A DNA stretch of 64,000 bases. Origin: Lachnospiraceae bacterium. GTDB taxonomy: Bacteria > Bacillota > Clostridia > Lachnospirales > Lachnospiraceae. Below, piece by piece: positions 1 through 8,726 of this stretch; positions within the stretch are counted from its first letter, which is position 1; each line of letters begins with the position of its first letter. The stretch lies in NCBI GenBank assembly GCA_022799175.1, contig JAAWNY010000001.1:4999-68998 (forward strand), given 5' to 3'. The translations under genes were made by a program, and so were the position numbers. Under the pieces are notes generated by a model that saw nothing but the letters and a program-made list of their open reading frames with translations, was not told the DNA's origin and searched no databases.

Positions 1-1293
1 CATGACGATCAGTCCGCCGGAGCCCATCATAGAGCCGATGGAAATCAGATTGTCATAGTCGATGGGAATATCAAAGTGCTCATAGGGAATACATCCGCCA
101 GAAGGACCGCCTGTCTGCGCCGCCTTGAACTTCTTGCCGTTGGGAATACCGCCACCAATCTCCTCGATTACCTCACGCAGAGTCGTACCCATGGGAATCT
201 CTACCAGGCCGGTATTATGGATTTTGCCACCGAGAGCAAAAACTTTGGTACCTTTAGATTTCTCGGTGCCCATGGAGGCAAACCACTCAGGTCCATTGAG
301 GATGATCTGTGGGATATTGGCATAGGTTTCTACATTATTCAAAATAGTGGGCTTGTCAAACAGACCTTTCTGGGCCGGGAACGGAGGTCTTGGTTTTGGC
401 TCGCCACGATTACCTTCGATGGAGTGCATCAGTGCAGTCTCTTCGCCACAGACGAAGGCACCAGCGCCCAAACGCAGATCAATATCAAAATCAAAACCAG
501 TACCGAAAATATCTTTGCCTAAAAGCTCCATCTCCCTTGCCTGGTTGATGGCTATCTTTAAACGCTCCACGGCGATGGGGTACTCAGCGCGGACATATAT
601 GTAGCCTTGATTTGCTCCGATGGCATAACCAGCGATGGCCATAGCCTCCAAAACGGCATGTGGATCACCCTCGAGTACGGAACGGTCCATAAATGCACCA
701 GGATCCCCTTCGTCAGCATTACAACAGACGTATTTCTGATCGGCATCATTTTGTTTGGCCAGTTTCCACTTGAGTCCGGTGGGGAAACCGCCGCCGCCTC
801 TGCCGCGCAGACCGGAATCCATCAGGCATTGGATGACATCGTCAGGAGTCATCTCGGTCAATACTTTACCAAGAGCAGCATAGCCGCCAGTACCGATATA
901 CTCTTCGATGACTTCCGGGTTGATAACACCACAGTTGCGCAGAGCAACACGGTGTTGCTTTTTGTAGAAGTCGGTGTCTACGAGAGACTTAACGCCAGCC
1001 TGGGTAACGGTCTCCTGATACAGAAGACGGGTTACTACACGGCCCTTCAACAAATGTTCAGATACAATCTCCGGAATATCTTCTACCTTAACCATGGAGT
1101 AGAAGCTGGCATCCGGATAAATAATCATAATTGGTCCTAAGGCACAGAGGCCATGACAACCGGTCTGGACGACGGAAACCTCGTCCTGGAGGCCGGCTTT
1201 CTCAATTTCTGCCTTCAGTGCTTCCATTATCTGCTGGCTGCCGGAGGAAGTACATCCTGTTCCGCCGCAGACCAATACATGTGAACGATACAT
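1..1293 (-). CDS. hydB: NADH-dependent (bifurcating) [FeFe]-hydrogenase beta subunit, NuoF/HydB/HndC-like; 3' end runs off the window
   Basis: Manual translation of the minus strand from ATG at 1293 (RBS aggag) gives MYRSHVLVCGGTGCTSS...GLRGRGGGGFPTGLKW...NADEGDPGAFMDR...GAFVCGEETAL...GGPSGGC, the NuoF FMN/NADH motifs. It is absent from the ORF track because it has no stop in the window. Confidence 0.93.
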   Translation of the reverse strand, partial: MYRSHVLVCGGTGCTSSGSQQIMEALKAEIEKAGLQDEVSVVQTGCHGLCALGPIMIIYPDASFYSMVKVEDIPEIVSEHLLKGRVVTRLLYQETVTQAGVKSLVDTDFYKKQHRVALRNCGVINPEVIEEYIGTGGYAALGKVLTEMTPDDVIQCLMDSGLRGRGGGGFPTGLKWKLAKQNDADQKYVCCNADEGDPGAFMDRSVLEGDPHAVLEAMAIAGYAIGANQGYIYVRAEYPIAVERLKIAINQAREMELLGKDIFGTGFDFDIDLRLGAGAFVCGEETALMHSIEGNRGEPKPRPPFPAQKGLFDKPTILNNVETYANIPQIILNGPEWFASMGTEKSKGTKVFALGGKIHNTGLVEIPMGTTLREVIEEIGGGIPNGKKFKAAQTGGPSGGCIPYEHFDIPIDYDNLISIGSMMGSGGLIVM

Positions 1294-1316
1294 TTTTGTC
1301 CTCCTTTGAACACTGG

Positions 1317-1694
1317 CTATTTGATGTCTGCTGAATTCAGGGTGTATTCTTCTACCACATGTCCCCCGATCAGATGGCGCTCCACGATTTCAGCAGCTTT
1401 GTCGGGATTCATCTTAATGTAGGTGATTTTGGCTTTGCCGGGTTCCATCACCTCTACGATGGGCTCATATTGGCAAAGGCCGATGCATCCGGTCTGGGTA
1501 ACAGCTACCTTGCCGGTGAGACCTTTCTCCTGGACTAGTCCAGACAGGGCGTTAAGTACAGGTCTGGCACCGCTGGCGATCCCACAGGTAGCCATACCGA
1601 CCACAACACGGGTCTGATTGCTGTCTTCCGCCCGCAGACCCACCTGGCCCTGCATTTTGTTGCGGATGGCTTTTAACTCTTCAAGGCTTTTCAT
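1317..1694 (-). CDS. Thioredoxin-like [2Fe-2S] ferredoxin subunit, HydD/HndB-like
   Basis: VVVGMATCGIASGA and TGCIGLCQYEP motifs; position within the hydrogenase operon. Confidence 0.88.
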   Translation of the reverse strand: MKSLEELKAIRNKMQGQVGLRAEDSNQTRVVVGMATCGIASGARPVLNALSGLVQEKGLTGKVAVTQTGCIGLCQYEPIVEVMEPGKAKITYIKMNPDKAAEIVERHLIGGHVVEEYTLNSADIK

Positions 1695-1741
1695 AGTATG
1701 TAATATCCTCCAAATTATGACAATATAATCTGGCGCACGTT

Positions 1742-2299
1742 TTAGTATACGGCGCCGCCGTCAGTTTCCAATTTGTTCTCGGTCAGATAATCCAGAATAT
1801 ACGCAGAAATCTCAGGTGTGTCAAAAGGAACACCTTCCAGAACTTCCTTAAATTCCCTTGTGTCCAGGATAAAAGACCGACCGTCATAGTGATATTGGTA
1901 GAGAAAATCTGTCTCCGGATGATAGACCACCAGGGTATGTATGGTGCTTGTAATATCACCGAGGGGCATCCGGTCAATGTGGGATAGGACAAAAACCGCC
2001 GTCACCGTGGTTCCGACGCCGGGCTCGGATCCGATCGAGAAGGAACCGCCTGCCGCTTCTGCTGCATATTTAAAAAAGGGAACCCCCAGTCCTACCTTGC
2101 GGGTGGTCCGACTGGTGAAAAACGGATCTGTCACCTGCGTCACCTGCTCCGGGGTCATGCCGCAGCCGTTGTCAGCGATGGTAATGGTCAGACGGTCGGC
2201 TGTCGTGTCCGCCGCTACTGTGATTTGCACCAGGGATGCACCTGCACGGGTAGAGTTCTCTGCCACATCTAAGACGTTTAAGGAAATCTCGGTCATCAT
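1742..2299 (-). CDS. Stand-alone HATPase_c (histidine-kinase-like ATP-binding) protein
   Basis: N box (DVAENS), G1 (DNGCGM), F box (DPFFTS) and G2 (GLG) motifs; no HisKA or sensor domain. Confidence 0.85.
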   Translation of the reverse strand: MMTEISLNVLDVAENSTRAGASLVQITVAADTTADRLTITIADNGCGMTPEQVTQVTDPFFTSRTTRKVGLGVPFFKYAAEAAGGSFSIGSEPGVGTTVTAVFVLSHIDRMPLGDITSTIHTLVVYHPETDFLYQYHYDGRSFILDTREFKEVLEGVPFDTPEISAYILDYLTENKLETDGGAVY

Positions 2300-2305
2300 A
2301 GGCGC

Positions 2306-2800
2306 TTATTGGTACTTGGCCAGGATGCCAGGAATGTCGTCCGGCACCAGCCGTCCATAAACCTCATCGTTGATCATCATGACAGGGGCAAGACCACAGG
2401 CGCCTACGCAGCGACAGGAGTCCAAGGAGAACTTGCCGTCGGGAGTACACTGTCCGTTGGTAATCCCAAGAAGCTCCTCCAATTTACTGAAAATAGCTGC
2501 GGAACCCTTTACATAACATGCGGTCCCGAGACATACGGAAATCTGATATTTGCCTTTAGGCTGCAGGGCAAACTGGGTATAAAAGGTTGCTATGCCATAA
2601 ATTTTCTCCAGCGGGATACCCGTCTCGTCGGAGATCATGGTCTGAACTTCGATGGGGAGATAGCCGTAAATCTCCTGCGCCTGCTGCATGATAGGCATCA
2701 AGGCACCCTTGGTGTCCTTCAGCTCGGCGATGACTTTCTTTAAAGCGGCTTCCTGATCCGGGGTCCCGCTGAAAGGAACTCCTTCTTTTTTGCAAGCCAT
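2306..2800 (-). CDS. hydC: [2Fe-2S] subunit NuoE/HydC/HndA of the bifurcating hydrogenase
   Basis: CLGTAC...CVGACGLAP motif and ATFY motif; RBS aggagg upstream. Confidence 0.93.
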   Translation of the reverse strand: MACKKEGVPFSGTPDQEAALKKVIAELKDTKGALMPIMQQAQEIYGYLPIEVQTMISDETGIPLEKIYGIATFYTQFALQPKGKYQISVCLGTACYVKGSAAIFSKLEELLGITNGQCTPDGKFSLDSCRCVGACGLAPVMMINDEVYGRLVPDDIPGILAKYQ

Positions 2801-3132
2801 GTCTCATCCTCCTTCTAGTAATGATACTATCTTTAAAATTAAATGTACCGCAACAGCTTAGAGCTTTTTACTGTTACAATGTACCAACAGTTTACCATGA
2901 AAATGATAAAAAATCTATAGTAAATAAATAGTTATCATACCCGTTAAAAACATATCGATAAAAAATATTGATAATTCATCTTTTCGATGGTATTCTTAAT
3001 ATAGCAAAGTAACGGTTAAAACTGGAAATGATTATAAAAGTTGTATTTTTCTGGCAAAGCAGGCAGAATAAACGGTTAAAAAATAGTTTAGCGCTAGAGA
3101 AATTAAGAAAAAAGAAAACAGGAGGGCAGAAT

Positions 3133-3480
3133 ATGACAGTAAAGGATGTACAGGAGATATTGGGCGCACGGGTTTTGACAGGTGAGGAATTTTTAGACCG
3201 AGAAGTGAGAAGCGCGTGCGGTTCCGATATGATGAGTGATGTGTTGGCATTTTCTAAAGATCATTCGGTGCTTTTGACAGGGTTGTGCAATCCGCAAGTG
3301 ATTCGTACGGCAGAGATGCTGGATATTGTGTGCCTGGTGTTTGTGCGGGGAAAGAAGCCGGATGAGACGATTATTGAAATGGCAAGAGAGCGGGAGATTG
3401 TAGTGTTAGAGACGGGACATCGGATGTTTTCTTCGTGCGGAATGCTATATAAAGCCGGCTTGGGCGGAGGTGCGATTTGA
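3133..3480 (+). CDS. Stand-alone DRTGG-domain protein
   Basis: ATG at 3133 after RBS ggagg; GSDMMSDVL...LLTGL...IRTAEMLDI...FVRGK pattern typical of DRTGG proteins in hydrogenase clusters. Confidence 0.8.
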   Translation: MTVKDVQEILGARVLTGEEFLDREVRSACGSDMMSDVLAFSKDHSVLLTGLCNPQVIRTAEMLDIVCLVFVRGKKPDETIIEMAREREIVVLETGHRMFSSCGMLYKAGLGGGAI

Positions 3481-3902
3481 TGGATGAAGCAATTGTTTTG
3501 AAATATGACATTTCTCCAGACGATTTTACCAGGGCCGGTGAAGCAAGCAGCGATGTGAAGGGAAAGCTAAAGCAGTTGGGGGTCAGCCCGGAGGCGATTC
3601 GTAAAGTGGCGATCGCCATGTATGAGGGTGAGATCAATATGGTTATCCATGCCAATGGCGGAGAGATTACTGTAGAGATAACGCCAGTAGATATCAAGAT
3701 GGTTTTGGCTGATGTAGGACCAGGGATTCCAGATGTGGAACAGGCGATGAAGGCTGGATATTCCACCGCACCGGACGAGGTGAGGAGCCTTGGTTTTGGC
3801 GCGGGTATGGGATTGCCGAACATGAAGAAATACACCGATGATATGGCGATCGAAACGAAACTTGGCGTGGGGACGACAATCACCATGATTGTAAAGATGT
3901 AG
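3480..3902 (+). CDS. Anti-sigma-factor-type Ser/Thr kinase (RsbT/SpoIIAB-like HATPase_c)
   Basis: EGEINMVIHA (N box), DVGPG (G1), GFGAGMGL (G2); the ATG overlaps the upstream TGA, suggesting translational coupling. Confidence 0.85.
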   Translation: MDEAIVLKYDISPDDFTRAGEASSDVKGKLKQLGVSPEAIRKVAIAMYEGEINMVIHANGGEITVEITPVDIKMVLADVGPGIPDVEQAMKAGYSTAPDEVRSLGFGAGMGLPNMKKYTDDMAIETKLGVGTTITMIVKM

Positions 3903-3971
3903 AGAGAACAATCAGATATTAGAATTGCTGTACATAGGCAGCTTTGGAAGAAGGACAGGAGGTAGCGGAAT

Positions 3972-5399
3972 ATGGATAAATTTTACCATTCAGTGCGTTT
4001 GGATTCGGAATTGTGCAAAGGATGTATTAACTGTATCAAACGCTGTCCGACTCAGGCCATCCGGGTCAGGAATGGAAAGGCACAGATTAATGGCAAATTC
4101 TGCATTGACTGTGGAGAGTGCATCCGGGTCTGTCCGCACCATGCCAAACATGCCACTTACGATAAGATGGATGTGATGAAGCAGTATCGTTATACGGTGG
4201 CGTTGCCAGCGCCGGCACTGTACAGTCAGTTCAACAATTTGGATGATGTAAATATTGTGTTGAATGCATTGCTTTTGATGGGATTTAATGATGTGTTTGA
4301 GGTCAGTGCAGCAGCAGAACTGGTATCAGAGGCTACACGAGAGTATCTGAACCATCATGAGGATAATCTGCCGATCATCAGTACCGCATGTCCGTCTGTG
4401 GTGCGTCTGATTCGAGTGCGTTTTCCGAATTTGATCTCTCATTTATTGCCACTGAATCCACCGGTGGAGGTGGCGGCGTCTTTGGCGGCGCAGCGTGCCA
4501 TGCAAAAAACAGGACTGGAACGACAGGAGATAGGGATCTGCTTTATCTCGCCATGTCCGTCAAAGGTCACATATTCCAAATCTCCTTTGGGAACGGAGAA
4601 AAGCCAGGTAGATCATGTGCTTGCCATCAAGGATGTATATCCGCAGCTGATTTCTCATATGAAAGCAGTGGGAGAGGAAGCTTGGGATCTGGCAACTTCC
4701 GGGAAGATCGGTATCAGCTGGGGTCGAAGTGGTGGCGAGGCTAGTGGATTGTTTACAGAGAGCTATCTGGCAGCAGATGGTATTGAAAATGTGATCCGGG
4801 TATTGGAAGATCTGGAAGATCAGAAGTTTACCAATTTGAAATTTGTGGAGTTGAATGCCTGCAACGGCGGCTGCGTAGGGGGAATTTTAAATGTAGAGAA
4901 CCCTTATGTAGCGGAGGTGAAGCTGAAACGACTCCGCAAATATATGCCAGTGGCCAGGAGCCATATGGATATGGAAGACCACGTGGAGGAGATGATTCCC
5001 TGGACGACAGGAGTGCAATATGAGCCAGTATTCAGTCTGGGCGGCAACATAATGGAAAGCTTTGCTCGCTTAAATCAGGTAGAACGGCTTTGTAAGAAGC
5101 TGCCAGGTCTGGACTGTGGTTCTTGTGGAGCGCCTACTTGTAAGGCATTGGCGGAAGATATTGTGCGGGGGCAGGCTAGTGAAAATGACTGTGTCTATTA
5201 TCTGAGGGAGAATTTGCATAAATTGTCAGAAGAGGTTTCCGTATTGGCAGATGATTTGCATGGGGGAGATAAAGGCGGACAGGAGACGTTGCGGATTTTG
5301 AAAGAGTATATTCAGCGGATCTCGGATGAGATGTCGCTTCTGGATAATCGGGATGCCGAAGAGGAAACAGGAAAGCATAATAATAGTGGAGGATTGTGA
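3972..5399 (+). CDS. HydS-like (group D-type) [FeFe]-hydrogenase homologue / Fe-S sensor
   Basis: Two CxxCxxCxxxCP ferredoxin motifs; H-cluster-like motifs TACP, SPCPSK and ELNACNGGCVGG; C-terminal CGSCGAPTC...C Fe-S domain. Confidence 0.82.
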   Translation: MDKFYHSVRLDSELCKGCINCIKRCPTQAIRVRNGKAQINGKFCIDCGECIRVCPHHAKHATYDKMDVMKQYRYTVALPAPALYSQFNNLDDVNIVLNALLLMGFNDVFEVSAAAELVSEATREYLNHHEDNLPIISTACPSVVRLIRVRFPNLISHLLPLNPPVEVAASLAAQRAMQKTGLERQEIGICFISPCPSKVTYSKSPLGTEKSQVDHVLAIKDVYPQLISHMKAVGEEAWDLATSGKIGISWGRSGGEASGLFTESYLAADGIENVIRVLEDLEDQKFTNLKFVELNACNGGCVGGILNVENPYVAEVKLKRLRKYMPVARSHMDMEDHVEEMIPWTTGVQYEPVFSLGGNIMESFARLNQVERLCKKLPGLDCGSCGAPTCKALAEDIVRGQASENDCVYYLRENLHKLSEEVSVLADDLHGGDKGGQETLRILKEYIQRISDEMSLLDNRDAEEETGKHNNSGGL

Positions 5400-5436
5400 G
5401 AAGAGGAAATAAAAAGTAAGAAGAAGGGAGAAGAAC

Positions 5437-5772
5437 ATGACAGTACAGGGACTTCTAGATAGTGGGATGTTTAGTATAGTGAATGTGGGGGAGAATCCGG
5501 AGCGGGAGATCACAGTGCCATTTTGTTGCGATCTTTTAAGCATTGCTATGGGAAGAGCGCCAGCGGGGTGTGCCTGGGTGACGGTGATGGGGAACATGAA
5601 TACATTGGCAGTAGCTACGCTGACGGATGCGGCATGTATTATCATGGCGGAAGGGGCAGTGTTAGATGAGATTGCCATGAAGAAGGCTAGAGATCAAGAA
5701 ATCACGGTGATGGGGACTGAGATGCCGATCTTTGAGGCGGCGTTGAAGGTGTACCAGGCATTACAGGGGTAG
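5437..5772 (+). CDS. Second stand-alone DRTGG-domain protein
   Basis: CDLLSIAM...WVTVMGNMNTLAVA...IIMAEG pattern. Confidence 0.78.
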   Translation: MTVQGLLDSGMFSIVNVGENPEREITVPFCCDLLSIAMGRAPAGCAWVTVMGNMNTLAVATLTDAACIIMAEGAVLDEIAMKKARDQEITVMGTEMPIFEAALKVYQALQG

Positions 5773-5776
5773 AGAG

Positions 5777-6493
5777 ATGATTACGCTTACTTATGACCTG
5801 CATATCCATTCCTGCCTTTCCCCTTGTGGGGATGATGATATGACGCCGGGCAATATTGTGGGTATGGCGGCAATCAAAGGATTGGATGTAATTGCAGTGA
5901 CAGATCATAATTCTTGTCGGAATTGTCCAGCGGTGATGAAGCTAGCAGAACAATTCGGCGTTCTGGCGGTTCCTGGCATGGAGATCAATACCTCAGAGGA
6001 GGTTCATGCCGTATGTCTGTTTCCGGGGCTGGAGCCGGCGCTGGATTTTGATGCCTATGTATATGAACGTTTGATGAAGTTTCCTAATAAAGAAGCTGTA
6101 TTTGGAAAGCAACAAATCTGCAACGAAGAAGATGAAGTGGTGGAAACAGAACCGAATCTGCTGATCAACAGTGTGGATATTTCTTTTGATCAGCTATGGG
6201 ATCTGGTGCGTTCTTTTGATGGAGTGATGTTTCCGGCCCATATTGAAAAGAGTGCCAACAGTTTGATTGCCAATCTGGGATTTGTACCGCCGGATAGCCA
6301 GTTTAAGACGGCGGAATTAAAGGATCTGAAAAGATTGCATGAAACGAAGAAGGGGAATCCTTATCTGGAGGGATGCCGAATTATCAGCAATTCGGATGCG
6401 CATTATCTGGAACATATCCATGAGCCAGAATTGACGATTCCAGTGAGAGAAAGGAGTATTGAAGGAGTGCTGAACGCGTTGCTGGGGAAATAG
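5777..6493 (+). CDS. PHP-domain phosphoesterase
   Basis: DLHIHSCLS, AVTDHN, GMEI, PAHI and NSDAH metal-binding motifs. Confidence 0.88.
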   Translation: MITLTYDLHIHSCLSPCGDDDMTPGNIVGMAAIKGLDVIAVTDHNSCRNCPAVMKLAEQFGVLAVPGMEINTSEEVHAVCLFPGLEPALDFDAYVYERLMKFPNKEAVFGKQQICNEEDEVVETEPNLLINSVDISFDQLWDLVRSFDGVMFPAHIEKSANSLIANLGFVPPDSQFKTAELKDLKRLHETKKGNPYLEGCRIISNSDAHYLEHIHEPELTIPVRERSIEGVLNALLGK

Positions 6494-6526
6494 AAGTTCG
6501 GAAAATAACGCAGGAGGAAGAAGTGG

Positions 6527-7342
6527 ATGTATACACCAGGAGAAATTGCAGAAAATTATATCCAGATCGGAAAGAAAAAGGCGGTAATGAATACGGACAA
6601 GATGTTTCTATTGGCAGTTATGGCTGGTATTTATATCGCTGTGGCAGGTTGTGGTGCATCCACAGCCGCCGGTACGATTGGTGGGTCTGCCGGAAAGCTG
6701 ATAGGGGCCAGTGTCTTTCCCGCTGGTCTGACTCTGGTGCTGTTAGCTGGCAGTGAATTGTTCACTGGCAATTGCCTACTTATCATTCCTGTGTTGGAGA
6801 GGGAGATTTCTGTGGGCGCGATGCTCCGCAACTGGGGGATCGTGTATCTGGGGAATTTTGTCGGCAGTATTCTTGTGGCGTGGATGGTGGTGAATAGTCA
6901 CCAGCTGAGTCTGTTTGATGGTCAGCTGGCAGTGGCGGCAGTCAACACGGCAATAGCGAAGGTGTCGATGCCATTTGCAGATGCCTTGATCAGGGGGATT
7001 CTCTGCAATCTGCTGGTCTGCCTAGCTGTCTGGGTGAGCTTTGCGGCAAAGGATGTGACTGGCAAGATAATAGGGTTATTTTATCCGATTCTGGTATTTG
7101 TGGTTTGTGGTTTTGAGCACAGTGTGGCAAATATGTTTTACTGCCCGGTAGCGTTGTTTGCCTTAGGACTTCCGGAATATGCAAAGTTGATTACGATTGA
7201 TGTGAGCGGCTTGACCTGGGGCAGCTTTGTTCTGAAAAATCTGGTGCCGGTTACGCTGGGAAATATTTTTGGGGGAGCGGTGCTCGTGGGGGTAGTATAT
7301 TGGCGGATATATCTGCGCAAGGAGCATCCGTCACTCTTCTGA
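6527..7342 (+). CDS. Formate/nitrite transporter (FNT, FocA/FdhC family)
   Basis: FPAGL...GSELFTGN, GILCNLLVCLAVW and GFEHSVANM signature motifs. Confidence 0.92.
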   Translation: MYTPGEIAENYIQIGKKKAVMNTDKMFLLAVMAGIYIAVAGCGASTAAGTIGGSAGKLIGASVFPAGLTLVLLAGSELFTGNCLLIIPVLEREISVGAMLRNWGIVYLGNFVGSILVAWMVVNSHQLSLFDGQLAVAAVNTAIAKVSMPFADALIRGILCNLLVCLAVWVSFAAKDVTGKIIGLFYPILVFVVCGFEHSVANMFYCPVALFALGLPEYAKLITIDVSGLTWGSFVLKNLVPVTLGNIFGGAVLVGVVYWRIYLRKEHPSLF

Positions 7343-7519
7343 GTCTTCGATCAACCGCATTCCAGCCAGGATTAACACAGCGCCCATTAGGAAACAAAGC
7401 AGGATGCTGGGAGAGACGGGAGCAATGGAAAAACAAAGTATCAGTACAATGCAAATGATTGGCAGGACAGCTTGGAGAGCTTCTTGCCATTTTTCTTTTA
7501 ATTTTGTTCGGATTCCCAA
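7331..7519 (-). pseudogene. Truncated N-terminal remnant of a DUF1538-like membrane protein
   Basis: KLKEKWQEALQAVLPIICIVLILCFSIAP...FLMGAVLILAGM resembles DUF1538 N-termini (recognised from memory). It breaks after about 54 aa and overlaps the FNT stop codon. Confidence 0.6.
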
Positions 7520-7552
7520 ATTTTATCAATATCCTTTCCTTGTGATATTAGT

Positions 7553-7581
7553 ATTATAACACAGAGCAGATAGATTTCCAA
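7553..7581 (-). promoter_or_regulatory. Sigma-A promoter of the DUF1538 remnant
   Basis: Minus strand TTGGAA-17 bp-TATAAT with TGn extension. Confidence 0.7.
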
Positions 7582-7708
7582 TAAAGAAGGTGTGTATATT
7601 TCTTTTTTGAAAAAGTACTTATAACATGGGTAAAAATTAGAACACTTAAAATATAGGTATAGGCGAATGGTAACGTCATACAAGTAAGGGGATGGCGTTA
7701 TCATATTG

Positions 7709-7715
7709 TGTCGAA
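7709..7715 (+). promoter_or_regulatory. Spo0A box (0A box) upstream of spo0A
   Basis: Exact TGTCGAA about 85 bp upstream of the spo0A ATG. A 7-mer can occur by chance, but the context fits autoregulation. Confidence 0.55.
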
Positions 7716-7800
7716 ACTTGGCGATGGAATCTAATTGCGTGCAGACAAAGGTTGCGTCTATAATACAATTTACAACAAAAGGAATAGGAGGGAAGGAAGA

Positions 7801-8604
7801 ATGGCGGAGTTTCATGTTGCAATTGCAGAGGATAACCCACAAATGCTAAATTTGTTAAACAATATGCTGGAAGAGGAAAATGGATTCCGGGTAGTTGGTA
7901 AGGCAGACAATGGTTCAGATGCTTATGATATGATTATGAAAACAGAACCGGATTTGGTGTTGATGGATGTAATTATGCCAAAGCTGGACGGAATTTCAGT
8001 AATGGAAAAAGTCAAAAAAGAACGGATGGGGAGGAAAATACCCTCATTCATTATGGTAACGGCAGCAGGAAATGATCAGGTGACAAGAGATGCTTTCCGG
8101 CTGGGAGCCAGTTATTTTATCATGAAACCGTTTGAAAAAGAACTGCTTATGGAAAAAATCCGGCGGGTTTGTGCTGGCTCTGAAAAACCAGCAATTCATG
8201 CAGAGAATGGCAAAGTGAATCCTTATATGGATCGGAATGAATATATCCGTCAGAATCTGGAGAACGATGTGACTCGTCTGCTTCATGAGATTGGGATTCC
8301 CGCGCATATCAAGGGCTATCAATATTTGCGGGATGCAATTGCCATTTCCGTGGAGGAAGAGGAAATTCTGGTCAGTGTTACCAAAGTGTTGTACCCAACG
8401 ATTGCAAAGCGTCATAATACTACGTCGAGTCGTGTGGAACGTGCAATTCGTCATGCGATTGAAGTGGCATGGACTCGCGGGAGATTAGACACCATTCATG
8501 AGTTGTTTGGCTATACAATCAGCAATGGAAAGGGGAAGCCTACCAATTCTGAATTTATTGCACTGATTTCGGATAAAATAAGGTTAGATTACAAAAGAAT
8601 GTAG
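7801..8604 (+). CDS. spo0A: Sporulation master regulator Spo0A
   Basis: Receiver domain ([13 protein letters not shown]) plus Spo0A C-terminal motifs [24 protein letters not shown] and KPTNSEFIA. Confidence 0.93.
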   Translation: MAEFHVAIAEDNPQMLNLLNNMLEEENGFRVVGKADNGSDAYDMIMKTEPDLVLMDVIMPKLDGISVMEKVKKERMGRKIPSFIMVTAAGNDQVTRDAFRLGASYFIMKPFEKELLMEKIRRVCAGSEKPAIHAENGKVNPYMDRNEYIRQNLENDVTRLLHEIGIPAHIKGYQYLRDAIAISVEEEEILVSVTKVLYPTIAKRHNTTSSRVERAIRHAIEVAWTRGRLDTIHELFGYTISNGKGKPTNSEFIALISDKIRLDYKRM

Positions 8605-8726
8605 AGAAACAGGGAAAGAAGACAGCAGTTTTTTAAGATTTTGCTTCCTAAATCCGCTCAAATATTGTATACTGATAATCATAAGGTCTGCTTTGGGGGC
8701 GGACAACAGATTAGGAGGTTATTTCG

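Noticed and set aside
76-1334. Plus-strand ORFs of 148, 177 and 67 aa
   Set aside because: Antisense shadows of hydB, whose minus-strand frame carries all the NuoF motifs.
2871-2890. CTGTT-N10-AACAG as a Rex box for the hydrogenase operon
   Set aside because: The spacing is 2 bp too long for Rex (TGTT-N8-AACA) and the inner bases do not match.
7735-7800. Longer GTG start for spo0A, and a SigH promoter
   Set aside because: The RBS supports ATG 7801; no SigH -35/-10 pair with correct spacing was found.
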